From an uncultured delta proteobacterium (GTDB lineage Bacteria > Desulfobacterota > Binatia > HRBIN30 > BPIQ01), in assembly GCA_963761335.1 (NCBI GenBank), contig CAVXGR010000017.1, positions 128,001-192,000 on the forward strand: a stretch of DNA of 64,000 nt. Reading direction: 5' to 3'. The translations under genes and the position numbers were made by a program. Shown in pieces: positions 1 to 12,285 of the stretch (within the stretch, counting starts at the first letter, position 1; each line of letters begins with the position of its first letter). The notes beneath the pieces are model-generated. The model saw only the letters and a program-made list of their open reading frames with translations, searched no databases and was not told the DNA's origin.

Positions 1-1
1 G

Positions 2-1093
2 ATCGGCGACGCCTATCAGGGCGTCTACGGCTCGATCAACTGGACCGGCGTGCCGTTGCTCGCCAAGTTCTTCTTCCAGCTGGTGTTTGCCGGGACCGCT
101 GCCACCATCGTCTCCGGAGCGGTGGCCGAGCGGGTGAAGTTCATGTCGTTCATGGTGTTCACCCTGCTGCTGGTCGGCATCATGTACCCGATCACCGGCC
201 ACTGGATCTGGGGTGGCGGCTGGCTTGCCAAGCTGGGCTTCTGGGATTTCGCGGGGTCGACGGTGGTGCATTCCGTCGGCGGCTGGTCGGCGCTTGCCGG
301 GGCGATGCTGCTCGGGCCGCGCATCGGCAAGTACGCCAAGGACGGACGCGTCAACCCGATTCCCGGCCACAACCTGAACTCGGCGTTCATCGGGTGCTTC
401 ATCCTCTGGTTCGGCTGGTTCGGGTTCAACCCCGGCAGCACCATGGGCCTGAGCGCCCCCGCCGACGTGGCGCGCATCTTCCTGACCACCAACATGGCGG
501 CGGCCGCCGGCACTCTCTCGGCCACCATCGTCGCCTGGATGCTGCTCGGCAAGCCCGACTTCACCATGATTCTCAACGGCTGCCTCGCGGGACTGGTGGC
601 CATCACGGCACCCTGCGCCTGGGTCAGTGGTCCGGCCTCCCTCCTCATTGGCGGCGTTGCCGGGGCCCTGGTGGTCTTCGCCGTGCTCTTCTTCGACCGC
701 ATCCAGATCGACGACCCCGTGGGTGCCATCTCGGTGCACCTGGTCAACGGCGTCTGGGGGACGCTCTGCGTCGGACTGTTCGCCGACCAGGTATACGGCG
801 CCAGCCTGCTCGAGAATGGGCGCGGCGCGCTGATCTTCGCGCAGGTGGTCGGTATCGCGACGGTGGGGATCTTCACCTTTGCGGTCGCCCTCGTGGGCTG
901 GCTGGTGATCAAGGCCACCATGGGTATTCGCGTCAGCGCCGAGGAAGAGCTCGAAGGTCTCGACTCCGGAGAGCACGGCAACCAGGCGTATCCGGATTTC
1001 CTGGCCGTGCACACCACGACCCTTGGTGGTGGCTTCCCCTCCGGGGGGGAGCGGGATCCGGCAGCGTCTCTGGGTTACGGCGGGGCGCGCTGA
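2..1093 (+). CDS. amtB: Ammonium transporter (5' end outside window)
   Basis: Motifs [47 protein letters not shown]; frame is open back to the window edge. Confidence 0.95.
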   Translation: MGDAYQGVYGSINWTGVPLLAKFFFQLVFAGTAATIVSGAVAERVKFMSFMVFTLLLVGIMYPITGHWIWGGGWLAKLGFWDFAGSTVVHSVGGWSALAGAMLLGPRIGKYAKDGRVNPIPGHNLNSAFIGCFILWFGWFGFNPGSTMGLSAPADVARIFLTTNMAAAAGTLSATIVAWMLLGKPDFTMILNGCLAGLVAITAPCAWVSGPASLLIGGVAGALVVFAVLFFDRIQIDDPVGAISVHLVNGVWGTLCVGLFADQVYGASLLENGRGALIFAQVVGIATVGIFTFAVALVGWLVIKATMGIRVSAEEELEGLDSGEHGNQAYPDFLAVHTTTLGGGFPSGGERDPAASLGYGGAR

Positions 1094-1112
1094 GATGTTG
1101 TTGAAGGTCCGA

Positions 1113-1279
1113 ATGGATGCCGGTCGTTGCCCAAACCCGCGCTCGCGGTACAGGCGGACGCACCCCCCGTCGAGTCGGGCGGTGACGGCCGGCATACCAT
1201 GCCTGTGACGAGTCTCCCTCTCACTCGGCAGGCAAGCGGGGCGCCCGAAGCGCGAGCTTCGGGCGCCCCGCCTCGTTTC
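1113..1279 (+). ncRNA. Candidate structured RNA in amtB 3' region
   Basis: 15-bp stem 1117-1131/1181-1195 whose only non-Watson-Crick pairs are three G-U; second hairpin 1200-1234 with CU-rich loop; closing GNRA hairpin. Confidence 0.3.
1236..1279 (+). terminator. Probable intrinsic terminator after amtB
   Basis: Perfect 16-bp stem GCGGGGCGCCCGAAGC / GCTTCGGGCGCCCCGC with GCGA loop; weak T tail. Confidence 0.55.
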
Positions 1280-1448
1280 GGAGGGAATCTTCCTTCAGGA
1301 ATGGCGAGATTCGAGGATTCGCGCCGGGGCCGCGCGAATCGAAAAACTGTGCCTGTAGCGACGGCTCCCCCTTTGTCTCGCGCAGGCCGGCGGGTGGTCG
1401 GGACGGAGTCCCGACCACCTGTACTTCATCACGGGGGCGCCTCGATCG

Positions 1449-1853
1449 ATGAGAAAGAAGATCTTGGTCGTCGATGACGACGAGAGCACCCGCTTCGTTC
1501 TCGCTCGTGCTCTCGAGCGGCTCGGGTGCCGGGTGGTGGTCGCCGAGGACGGTGCCGAGGTCCCGGAGCTGATCAGCGAGCAGGCCTTCGATCTGGTCGT
1601 CCTCGATCTGTACATGCCGGGCATGAACGGCTTCGAGGTGTTGCGCCAGCTGCGTCATCCCGAGAATGGCCTGCTGCCATCGCAGGCGACCGCCGTCCCG
1701 GTGCGGGTTCTGGTCGTCTCCGGTGAGACGAACCCCGCCTCGGTCTCCCATGCCCGCGCCGCCGGAGCCAGCGATCACCTGGCGAAGCCGGTGGATGTCG
1801 ACCAGTTCGTCGCCACCGTGCAGCGCCTCCTCGGCATGCCGGCGGCGGGCTAG
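1449..1853 (+). CDS. Single-domain CheY-like response regulator
   Basis: KILVVDDD, LDLYMPGMNG, LAKP receiver motifs; no output domain. Confidence 0.9.
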   Translation: MRKKILVVDDDESTRFVLARALERLGCRVVVAEDGAEVPELISEQAFDLVVLDLYMPGMNGFEVLRQLRHPENGLLPSQATAVPVRVLVVSGETNPASVSHARAAGASDHLAKPVDVDQFVATVQRLLGMPAAG

Positions 1854-2060
1854 CCCATTCCCTGTCCCGTCGTTCCCAGCTCTCCTTCCGCCGTTCCCCC
1901 CATTCTCGTCGCCCTCCGATTATCCCCGCCGCCTTTATCTACGCGGGCATCCGTGATAGCTGCCACGCGGCTGTCTGCCGGGGGCCTCCAGCCGGACGGA
2001 TTGCATGACCGGCCTTACCGGTTGTGGCAGGATAATCTCTGAAAGGCCTACATACCACGC

Positions 2061-4280
2061 ATGTCGAAAGTAATGTTGATTAACGTCACCCACCCCGAAG
2101 AGAGCCGGGTGGGCATCGTCGATAATGGCGTCCTGGACTCTTTCGAGATCGAATCCCTCGCCCGCGAGCATCTAAAGGGCAACATCTACAAGGGGGTGGT
2201 GCACCGCATCCACTCGGCGCTGGAGGCGGCATTCGTCGACATCGGCGGCGAGCGCGACGCCTTCCTGCCGCTGGATGAGATCTGTTTCCGGAACCTGCCC
2301 CACAACGGCCAGCCGCCCGATCGGCGCTCGAAGATCAAGGACATTCTCAAGCCAGGTCAGGAGCTGCTGGTGCAGGTGGTGAAGGACCAGTTCGGGCAAA
2401 AGCCGCCGACCCTGAGCACCTTCTACTCCCTGCCCGGGCGCTACCTCGTCCTGCTCCCCGGCTCGGAGGAGTCGGGAATCTCGCGCAAGATCGAAGGGGA
2501 GGACCGGGCTCGGCTGCGGGCGCTGGTCGACAAGCTCGAGCCGCCGGAAGGGTTCGGCATCATCGTGCGCACCGCCGCCGGCTTCGACGAGGACCCGAGC
2601 GAGCTGCAGCGCGACCTCGCGTATCTGACGCGTCTCTGGCAGAGCATCGCGCAGAGTGCCGACGCCAAGCGCGGTCCGGGGCTGGTGTATCGCGAGCACG
2701 ACTTGGTGATGCGCAACATCCGCGACTACTTCACCCCGGACATCGACGAGATCTACATCGACAACGAAGACGTGCATCAGCGGGCGCGCGACTTCCTGCA
2801 GAACGCCATGCCCGGCAAGGAGAAGCTTCTGCACCTCTACAAGCGCCGGGAGCCCATCTTCTCCTACTTCAACGTCGAGCCGGAGATCGAGTCGATCTTC
2901 AAGCGGCGGGTATCGCTGCGCTCGGGAGGCAGCATTGTCATCGACGGCACCGAGGCGCTCACCGCCGTCGACGTCAACTCCGGGGGCTCGGTTCGCGGCG
3001 GCAGCCAGGAGGAGACCGCCTTCAAGACCAACATCGAGGCCGCCACCGAGATCGCCCGACAGCTCCGCCTGCGCGACCTCGGCGGCCTCATCGTCATCGA
3101 CTTCATCGACATGCGGCAGACCACGCACATCCACGAGGTGGAGCAGACCCTCCGCGATGCGATGAAGCCCGACAAGGCGCGGCACGATATCGGCCGCATC
3201 TCGCGTTTCGGGCTGTTGGAGGTGTCGCGGCAACGCCTGCGGCCGGCGGCGGCGGCCACCTCCTATACGTCGTGCCCGATGTGCGAGGGGCATGGCCTGG
3301 TGCGCACCACCGAGTCTGCGGCGCTGGTCGCCCTGCGCAAGATTCACAACCGCCTCGGTCAGGGCGACGTGGGGGCGATGCGCGTCAGCCTGCGGCCCGA
3401 GATCGCCGTCTATCTCCTCAACCACAAGCGCGAAGATCTGGCGGCCCTGGAGAGCCACTTTGGCGCGCGCATCCTCATCGGCATGAGCGATCGCCTGATG
3501 CCGCACCAGTCGGAGTTCGATGTCCGCGTCCGCGAGGCCGAGGTTCGCCCTCCAGCACCGGGGCCGCGGCCCGGGGAGGTGGTCGTGCACGAGGCCGCAC
3601 CGGCGGAGGCGGCTCTCCCTCAGGCCAACGGCGCCGAGAGCACCAACGGCAGCGGCAAGAAGAAACGCCGCCGCGGCCGTCGCCGCGGGCGCGGTCGTGG
3701 ACGGCAGGCTGCGGCGGCGCTCGCCGAGGCCCTCGGGGCTCTCGGGGTGCATGCGGGTCTGGCCCCCGCCTCCGAGATGAATGCGGCGCCCGCCGCCCCA
3801 GTGCCGGCGGCACCGCGGCGTTCCGCCCCGGAGCCGAGCCCGGCAGGCGAAAGGCGAGAGGCGCGCGCCAGCAACGGTGCCGTGGAGACGGCGAGTCCCG
3901 GGCCCGCGGCGACGGCCGTACCCCAGGCGCTGGTCGGGGAGACCCAGACGGCCGACACGCAAGAGGCAACGCCGAAGCGCGCCCCCGGCAGCCGCAAGCG
4001 GGGTAGCGCCGCCACCGCCCGGAGTCGCTCCGGCGCCGCCAAGACCGGCACGCGCGCCGCCAAGAGCGCCAAGACCGCGACCCGGGGGCGGAGCGCCGAG
4101 GCGGCGGCCGCGAAGAAGGAATCTCCGGCGAAAGCCGAGGCCCCGGCGAAGAGCGCGGTCTCCCGGGAGACGACCAGCAAGAAGCCGGCAGCCGGACGCG
4201 CCAAGGCGGCGCGGGGACGTTCCGGCTCCTCGTCCGGCAGCCGCCGCAAGAAGCCGCAGCCGGTGCCCGCCACGGAGTGA
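2061..4280 (+). CDS. rne: Ribonuclease E/G family with long disordered C-terminal tail
   Basis: GNIYKG, LEAAFVD, DVNSG, IARQLRLRDLGGLIVIDFIDM, CPMCEG zinc link; Arg/Ala/Lys-rich tail. Confidence 0.95.
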   Translation: MSKVMLINVTHPEESRVGIVDNGVLDSFEIESLAREHLKGNIYKGVVHRIHSALEAAFVDIGGERDAFLPLDEICFRNLPHNGQPPDRRSKIKDILKPGQELLVQVVKDQFGQKPPTLSTFYSLPGRYLVLLPGSEESGISRKIEGEDRARLRALVDKLEPPEGFGIIVRTAAGFDEDPSELQRDLAYLTRLWQSIAQSADAKRGPGLVYREHDLVMRNIRDYFTPDIDEIYIDNEDVHQRARDFLQNAMPGKEKLLHLYKRREPIFSYFNVEPEIESIFKRRVSLRSGGSIVIDGTEALTAVDVNSGGSVRGGSQEETAFKTNIEAATEIARQLRLRDLGGLIVIDFIDMRQTTHIHEVEQTLRDAMKPDKARHDIGRISRFGLLEVSRQRLRPAAAATSYTSCPMCEGHGLVRTTESAALVALRKIHNRLGQGDVGAMRVSLRPEIAVYLLNHKREDLAALESHFGARILIGMSDRLMPHQSEFDVRVREAEVRPPAPGPRPGEVVVHEAAPAEAALPQANGAESTNGSGKKKRRRGRRRGRGRGRQAAAALAEALGALGVHAGLAPASEMNAAPAAPVPAAPRRSAPEPSPAGERREARASNGAVETASPGPAATAVPQALVGETQTADTQEATPKRAPGSRKRGSAATARSRSGAAKTGTRAAKSAKTATRGRSAEAAAAKKESPAKAEAPAKSAVSRETTSKKPAAGRAKAARGRSGSSSGSRRKKPQPVPATE

Positions 4281-4283
4281 TCC

Positions 4284-5060
4284 ATGCGCGTCATCCCGAT
4301 CCCGCAGTTGATGGACAACTACGCCTATCTGGTGGTCGACGAGGCCGGGGGACAGGCGGCCGTCGTCGACTGCGCCGAGGCGGAGCCGGTGCTGCGCACC
4401 GTTGAGCGCGAGGGTGTGCGGCTGATCGCCATCCTGCCGACGCACCATCACTACGACCACGTCGGCGGCAACCTCGACCTGCTCCGCCAGAGACCGTCGC
4501 TCGAGGTGATCGGCTACAGCGGACAGAGCGACCGTATTCCCGGCTGCACTCGCGAGGTGCGCGAGGGGGAGCACCTGCGCATCGGTGCGCTGGAGACCTC
4601 CATCCTCTTCATTCCGGCGCACACCACCGGCCACATCGCCTACGACTTCCGCAACGACGCGGCGGTGTTCACCGGCGACACGCTGTTCGCCGCCGGCTGC
4701 GGTCGCTTGTTCGAGGGCGATGCAGCGATGATGATTCAGTCGCTCTCCAAGCTCATGGCCCTGCCGGACGACACCCGCGTCTACTTCGGCCACGAGTACA
4801 CGGAAAGGAATCTGCAGTTCGCCTTGACCCTCGAGCCGCAGAATGCCGACCTGAAGCGCAAGCTCGAGTGGGCGGTCGCGCAGCAGCGCCAGGGCCAGCC
4901 AACGGTGCCGACGACCATCGGCGAGGAGAAGGCCACCAACCCGTTTCTCCGCTGGTCGAGCCCCGAGCTGCGCGCCACGCTGCACCGGCAGTTCCCCGAC
5001 CTGCCGATGACGGACGTGGACGTTTTCGCCAAGACCCGCGCCCTCAAGGACCAGTTCTAG
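4284..5060 (+). CDS. gloB: Hydroxyacylglutathione hydrolase (glyoxalase II)
   Basis: DNYAY, THHHYDHVGG, FTGDTLFAAGCGRLFEG, GHEYT, EKATNPFLR. Confidence 0.93.
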   Translation: MRVIPIPQLMDNYAYLVVDEAGGQAAVVDCAEAEPVLRTVEREGVRLIAILPTHHHYDHVGGNLDLLRQRPSLEVIGYSGQSDRIPGCTREVREGEHLRIGALETSILFIPAHTTGHIAYDFRNDAAVFTGDTLFAAGCGRLFEGDAAMMIQSLSKLMALPDDTRVYFGHEYTERNLQFALTLEPQNADLKRKLEWAVAQQRQGQPTVPTTIGEEKATNPFLRWSSPELRATLHRQFPDLPMTDVDVFAKTRALKDQF

Positions 5061-5075
5061 AAGCGATCGGCAGGG

Positions 5076-7073
5076 ATGTCGGAGGAAGGCTGGGCGGTCG
5101 AGGCGCGCGACGGCGGCCTGCATCTGGCGGCGCGTGGACTTCCGCGTGTCGAGCTGAGTGGGCTGCGGCCGGAGCTCGTCTACCGCTGGGGCGGCCAGAA
5201 TACCTGCTGGCGCGCCGACGTGCATGGCGACGCCGAGCATCTGGAAAGCCGTGGCCGGCGCGACGGCCTGCGCCTGCGCCTGCGGCTCGAGCGGCGCGGC
5301 GCGGCGCTTCTCCTCTGGCTCACCGTGCGCAACGAGGGCGCCGCGCCGGTGCAGCTGGTGCGCGGCACGCCGATCGCGGCCGCCGGCGCTGGCAGCTGCG
5401 TCATCGGCTCCGGCGCGGATCGCTGGAGCGTGCTTCGTCAGGGGTATCAGTCGTGGACGGGGACGCGCAGCTTCCGCGCCAGCGAGGTCGACCGCGACCC
5501 GCTGACACCGCTCCTGCGCATCGGTCTCGTCGACGTGGCGCGGCCTTCGCCGGCGCGACAGGGGCACTTCCGCTCCGATTTCTTCTCGGCGGTGAAGAAC
5601 CTGCGTTCCGGCGAGACCCTGCTCCTCGGCTTTCTCCAGGGCCAGGAGGTCTTTGGGGACGTCGAGGTGTCGGTTGACGGCGGCCGCTGTACGCGGCTGG
5701 CGGCCTCGGTGGAATGGCAGCCGACGATTCTCGAGCCCGGCGGCGAGGTGACCGCGCCGCCGCTCTGGGTGAGCGCCGGAGAGGACGAGCACCGTCTGCT
5801 GAACGAGTACGCGGCGGCCGCCGGCGCGTGCATGCGGGCGCGGGTGCCGGACCGGAATCCGGTGGGTTGGTGCTCCTGGTACTACTACTTCACGCGCATC
5901 ACCGAGGAGATCATTGTCGAGAACGTGCGGGCGCTGGCGAAGCTGCGGCCGCGCTTTCCGTGCGACTACGTGCAGGTCGACGACGGCTATCAGGCGGCCA
6001 TCGGCGACTGGTTGCAGGCGAACGAGAAATTTCCCCGCGGCATGAAGTGGATGGCGCAGCAGATTCGCGACGCCGGCTTCGAGGCGGGGATCTGGACGGC
6101 GCCGTTCATCGCCCACTCGCGTTCGCGTCTGCTCGCCGATCACCCGGAATGGTTCGTGAAGAACGATCGCGGCCGCCCGCGCTTCGCGCTGTGGAACCCG
6201 TTGTGGGGGGTGCGCGGCGTCTGCTACGCGCTCGATACCACCCATCCCGAGGCCCTCGACTGGCTGCGGCAGACCTTCCGCACCATTGCCGGCGAATGGG
6301 GCTACGACATTCTCAAGCTCGACTTTCTGTACGCCGCCGCCTTGCCCGGCCAGCGGCATGATCCGCACGCCACTCGCGCTGCGGCCCTGCGCCGCGGCCT
6401 CGAGGCGGTGCGCGACGGCGCCGGAGAGAGGGCGTTCCTGCTCGGCTGCGGCTGCCCGCTGTCGCCGGCGGTCGGCGTCGTCGACGCCATGCGCATCGGC
6501 CCGGACGTGGCTCCCTTCTGGAGCAACGCGCTGAGCCGCCGCGCCCAGCGCGATCTGCACGGTCTGGCGACGAAGAACGCCATTCGCAACGTGCTGACGC
6601 GCGCCTTTCTGCACCGGCGCTGGTGGCTGAACGATCCCGACTGTCTGATGATCCGGGACCGCAACACGCGTCTGACGCCAGCGGAGGTGTCGAGCCTGGC
6701 GACAGTGATCGGCGCCACGGACGGCATGGTCGTTCTCAGCGATCGCGTCGAGAAGCTCTCGGACGAGCGCCTGGCAATGCTCGAGCGGACGCTGGAGCTG
6801 GCCGGGGGCGAGGCCGAGGTCATCGACCTGATGTCGGCGGACGTCCCCGAGATCCTGCTGCGCCGCGGCAGCGGTGGCGCCCGACTGGCCGTGTTCAACT
6901 TCGCCGATGACGCGCAGCAGCGGCAGATCGATCTGACGCCCTACACGGCCGGCGCCCGTGCCCTGCAGTCGGTGGCGGAGATGTGGAGCGGCGCGGCGCT
7001 GCCGGTCGCCGGCGGCATTGCCGATCTCGGCGCCATTCCCCCCCATGGCTGCAGAGTGCTGCTGCTGCCCTGA
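5076..7073 (+). CDS. Alpha-galactosidase-like glycoside hydrolase family 36
   Basis: GWCSWY, QVDDGYQ, KFPRG, LKLDFLY, MRIGPD, WLNDPDCL. Confidence 0.85.
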   Translation: MSEEGWAVEARDGGLHLAARGLPRVELSGLRPELVYRWGGQNTCWRADVHGDAEHLESRGRRDGLRLRLRLERRGAALLLWLTVRNEGAAPVQLVRGTPIAAAGAGSCVIGSGADRWSVLRQGYQSWTGTRSFRASEVDRDPLTPLLRIGLVDVARPSPARQGHFRSDFFSAVKNLRSGETLLLGFLQGQEVFGDVEVSVDGGRCTRLAASVEWQPTILEPGGEVTAPPLWVSAGEDEHRLLNEYAAAAGACMRARVPDRNPVGWCSWYYYFTRITEEIIVENVRALAKLRPRFPCDYVQVDDGYQAAIGDWLQANEKFPRGMKWMAQQIRDAGFEAGIWTAPFIAHSRSRLLADHPEWFVKNDRGRPRFALWNPLWGVRGVCYALDTTHPEALDWLRQTFRTIAGEWGYDILKLDFLYAAALPGQRHDPHATRAAALRRGLEAVRDGAGERAFLLGCGCPLSPAVGVVDAMRIGPDVAPFWSNALSRRAQRDLHGLATKNAIRNVLTRAFLHRRWWLNDPDCLMIRDRNTRLTPAEVSSLATVIGATDGMVVLSDRVEKLSDERLAMLERTLELAGGEAEVIDLMSADVPEILLRRGSGGARLAVFNFADDAQQRQIDLTPYTAGARALQSVAEMWSGAALPVAGGIADLGAIPPHGCRVLLLP

Positions 7074-7132
7074 GGCGCCGCGGTTGCCTGCGGCGCCGGC
7101 TTGCCGCTATGAGCGCGGGGGAGATTGAGCGC

Positions 7133-7882
7133 ATGGGCAAGCTGCACGAGAAGATCGCCGTGATTACCGGCGCTGGCTCCGGCATCGGCCGGGAGAGCGC
7201 CCTCCTGTTTGCGCGCCAAGGGGCCACAGTGATCGCCGCCGACGTCGATGAGGCGGGCGCCGCGGAGACCGCGGCGGCGATCGCCGCCGCCGGTGGGCGC
7301 GGCGAGGCCTCGGCCGTCGACGTGCGAAACGCCGCCGCGGTGCGCGAGCTGATCGACGGAACGGTGCAGCGCCACGGTCGCCTCGACGTGCTCTTCAACA
7401 ATGCCGGCATCGGCGGACCGCACGGGCCGCTGGTCGATTGCGGCGAAGGAGATTTCGACGAGGTGATCGCCGTCAACCTGCGCGGTGTGTTTCTCGGGAT
7501 GAAGTTCGGCATCGCCGCCATGCAGCGCGGCGGCGGCGGTGTCATCGTCAACACCGCCTCGGTTGCCGGCCTCATCGGGGCGCGCGGCTTCGCTGCCTAC
7601 TGTGCCTCCAAGGGCGGCGTCATCCAGCTCACCAAGGCGGCGGCTCTGGAGTGCGCCGCGCACGACATCCGCGTGAACTGCATCTGCCCGGGAGCGGTCG
7701 ACACGCCGATCCTGGGGATGATCCCGGCGACCGCGAAGGCGGCGATCGGTCGCACCAACCCGATGGGGCGCATGGCGCAGCCGAGCGAGATCGCCGCCAT
7801 GGCGCTGTTTCTGGCCAGCGACGACGCCTCCTTCGCCACCGGCGGCGTCTTTGTCGTCGACGGCGGCTCGACGGCTCAGTAG
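7133..7882 (+). CDS. SDR family NAD(P)-dependent oxidoreductase
   Basis: TGAGSGIG, NNAG, YCASK; start placed at ATG 7133 after GGAG. Confidence 0.92.
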   Translation: MGKLHEKIAVITGAGSGIGRESALLFARQGATVIAADVDEAGAAETAAAIAAAGGRGEASAVDVRNAAAVRELIDGTVQRHGRLDVLFNNAGIGGPHGPLVDCGEGDFDEVIAVNLRGVFLGMKFGIAAMQRGGGGVIVNTASVAGLIGARGFAAYCASKGGVIQLTKAAALECAAHDIRVNCICPGAVDTPILGMIPATAKAAIGRTNPMGRMAQPSEIAAMALFLASDDASFATGGVFVVDGGSTAQ

Positions 7883-8739
7883 GCGACGGATGGGAAGTAG
7901 CAGCCGCGGGGTTCCTGATATTCGCCGATCGACATCAGGGTCATCGGCTTGATCACGCGCATGCCCTCGGCGAGGCACCAGCGGAAGATCGCCGCCTCGC
8001 GTGTCGGCAGTGGAAAGGCCAGCGGCTCGGCGAGCCTGCGGCCGACGCCGGCAATCAGCGCGCACAGATCTGCCTCCGTCTCGCCGACGCCGTGCGCCAC
8101 CTGCCAGACGGAGAGCGTGGTGGCATAGGCGGCGATGCGGCCGTCGCGCTCCAGCACGAAGGGCGCGAAGCCGCGCAGCGCATCGCGCAGCTCGCGGGTG
8201 CGCTCGAGGCCGTGCACCTGCCGGCAGAGGCGGGCGCACTCGTCGAGATCCGCATCGCCCATCTCCCGCACTTGGCGCTCGGTGGGCCCGCGGCTGAGCG
8301 GGCGGCCGGTGAGCACCGCCAGGGGCTCGCGCACCTCGAAGCCGAGGGATGCGTAGAGCGACAGCGAGGCGGTGTTGAAGGCGTCCTGCACGAGCCGGAC
8401 TCCCGGAGCGCCGGCGGCGCGCTCGAGCACCGCTTCCATCAGGCGCCGGCCGGCGCCGCGCGCCTGCACCGCGGGATCGACGGACAACGGCCCCACGGAG
8501 CGGATCGCGTCGCGCTCGGAGACGAAGTTGGAGCCGATGATGCGGCCGCGGCTCTCCGCCACGACCCCGTAGAAGAAGGGGTGATTGATGAGATAGGTCG
8601 CCACCTGGGTGGCCACATCCACGGAGGCGAAGTCCGGGGGAAACCCGTGGCGCACGGCGACCTCGCGAAAGGCGTCGTAGAGGATGCGGCCGCAGGTGCG
8701 CGCGTCGGCCGCAGCGACCGGGCGGATGTCGATGTCCAT
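7876..8739 (-). CDS. GNAT family N-acetyltransferase (two-domain)
   Basis: Acetyl-CoA motif VDPAVQARGAGRRL and LYASLGF. Confidence 0.85.
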   Translation of the reverse strand: MDIDIRPVAAADARTCGRILYDAFREVAVRHGFPPDFASVDVATQVATYLINHPFFYGVVAESRGRIIGSNFVSERDAIRSVGPLSVDPAVQARGAGRRLMEAVLERAAGAPGVRLVQDAFNTASLSLYASLGFEVREPLAVLTGRPLSRGPTERQVREMGDADLDECARLCRQVHGLERTRELRDALRGFAPFVLERDGRIAAYATTLSVWQVAHGVGETEADLCALIAGVGRRLAEPLAFPLPTREAAIFRWCLAEGMRVIKPMTLMSIGEYQEPRGCYFPSVAY

Positions 8740-8821
8740 CGGCGCAGAATCATATCATGACTCGGGAGAGCGAGGGGCTCTTTCGCAAATTAGAAGTTGA
8801 CCCGCAGGCGATAAGCTTCAG

Positions 8822-8850
8822 TTGCCAAGGTGCTGCCTCTTCGGTATACG
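8822..8850 (+). promoter_or_regulatory. Candidate sigma70 promoter of the cold-shock gene
   Basis: TTGCCA-17 bp-TATACG about 140 bp upstream of the start. Confidence 0.45.
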
Positions 8851-8992
8851 GGGAAAGCAGTCTGGAGGAGAAGATTCGGCGTGCTGCTTTGTGGTTGAGG
8901 CGGAACCCTCAACCGGTCACTCTGCTTTTCAGTGCGAACCGAGCCTCATGCAGCTTCCCTCGTGGACGAGTACAAAAAAGGAGGGAACGCAC

Positions 8993-9193
8993 GTGGCTCA
9001 AGGTAAAGTGAAGTGGTTCAACCCCGAGAAGGGGTACGGCTTCATCACCCGCGACGACGGTGAGGACATCTTCGTCCACTACTCCGCCATCGCCGGCGAG
9101 GGCTTCCGCAGCCTCGAAGAGGGGCAGGCGGTCGAGTTCGAGGTGACCACCGGTCGCAAGGGACTTCAGGCGACCAACGTCACCAAGATCTGA
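8993..9193 (+). CDS. cspA: Cold-shock protein
   Basis: [27 protein letters not shown] start after AAGGAGG. Confidence 0.95.
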   Translation: MAQGKVKWFNPEKGYGFITRDDGEDIFVHYSAIAGEGFRSLEEGQAVEFEVTTGRKGLQATNVTKI

Positions 9194-9203
9194 TCTGGAA
9201 CCC

Positions 9204-9244
9204 CGGGGGGACGCCGCCCGTGGGTGGCGTCCCCCCGTTTATTC
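9204..9244 (+). terminator. Intrinsic terminator between convergent genes
   Basis: CGGGGGGACGCCGCCC / GGGTGGCGTCCCCCCG hairpin followed by TTTATT. Confidence 0.75.
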
Positions 9245-9276
9245 TCTGGCGGCCCAGATGGCCGCGCTCCCAATCC

Positions 9277-9732
9277 TCAGGCGACGGCGTCGCGGAGCTC
9301 CCGGAGGGAGCGGCCGCATGCCGGGCAGAAGCTCGCCTGCGCCGGGAGACTGGCGCCGCACTGCGGGCAATACGCCACCCGCCGAAAGCGGCCGGCCGCA
9401 GACACCACGGCTTTCGCCCGCGGCGCTTCTGCCTCGTTGCGGCTCTCGGTCTTCGCCTCTTCCATGGCGGCGATCGCCTCGATGGCGCGCGATGCATACT
9501 TTTCGCGGAGCGAGGTGTAGTCGGCGTCGGTCAGCTTGCCCATGCGGTAGTCGAACTCCGCCTCCTTGATGGCGCTGTAGGCCTCGACCTTCTGCTTCTC
9601 CATGGCCGCGGTGCGGTCTGCCGCCGGCGAGTGCGGATCGGCGAGCACCTCGGGAGACGTGGAGCCGAAGAACGGCCAGGCGACGAACACCAGGCAGGCG
9701 GCGATGAGGGCGAGGCCGATGGCGAAGATCAT
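9277..9732 (-). CDS. Membrane-anchored zinc-ribbon protein, CcmI-N-like, last gene of ccm cluster
   Basis: N-terminal TM helix, EAEFDYRMGKLTDADY motif, CPQCG and CPACG. Confidence 0.75.
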   Translation of the reverse strand: MIFAIGLALIAACLVFVAWPFFGSTSPEVLADPHSPAADRTAAMEKQKVEAYSAIKEAEFDYRMGKLTDADYTSLREKYASRAIEAIAAMEEAKTESRNEAEAPRAKAVVSAAGRFRRVAYCPQCGASLPAQASFCPACGRSLRELRDAVA

Positions 9733-9747
9733 CTCTCTATACCCGCT

Positions 9748-10205
9748 CTACTTGTCGAAGTGCTCGAGCTCGCGCTCGAGGATTTTCTGGTACTCGCTGG
9801 GCGTCGGCGGCTTGCTCTCGGGCGCTGAAGGGGGCGGCGGCCGCCGCCCCCAACGGGCGGCGGCCATGGTGACGGTGATGGCGGCAAGCGCCAGGAGGGC
9901 GAAGGGGGTGATCCACGCCGTCAGGTTGAAGCCGCTGGTCGTCGGCGAGGACAGGATCTTCTCCCCGTACTTGTCCTCGAAGTACGCGAGGATCTGCTCC
10001 TTGCTCTTGCCGAGCGCCATCTGCTCGCGGATCTCGGCGCGCAGCGGCTCGGCGGAGGGGCAGCCCAGGTGATTGCAGCTGTGCACGGTCAGGCCGCAGC
10101 CGCACTGGCAGGTGAGACCCTCCTCCATCTCCTCGAAGGTGAGGGCATTGGCCGCCAGAACGGGAGCGGCGAGGGCCAGAATCAGGAAGACGAGACGGAG
10201 AGCTT

Positions 10206-10209
<4 letters not shown>
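9748..10209 (-). CDS. ccmH: Cytochrome c biogenesis protein CcmH-like
   Basis: Signal peptide, LTCQCGC, IREQMALGKSKEQILAYFEDKYGEKILSSP, one TM helix; GTG overlaps the ccmF stop (GTGA). Confidence 0.85.
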
Positions 10210-12203
<1,994 letters not shown>

Positions 12204-12285
12204 GAGTACCTCTCGACGATTTCAAGGGCAGGTGCGGGCGTGAAGCGCTCGCCTGCTGCCGGGGGCGAAGGGCTCTTCGCGGCGG

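Noticed and set aside
2172..7046. 1624-aa minus-strand ORF
   Set aside because: Antisense shadow of rne, gloB and the GH36 gene; typical of high-GC DNA, no motifs
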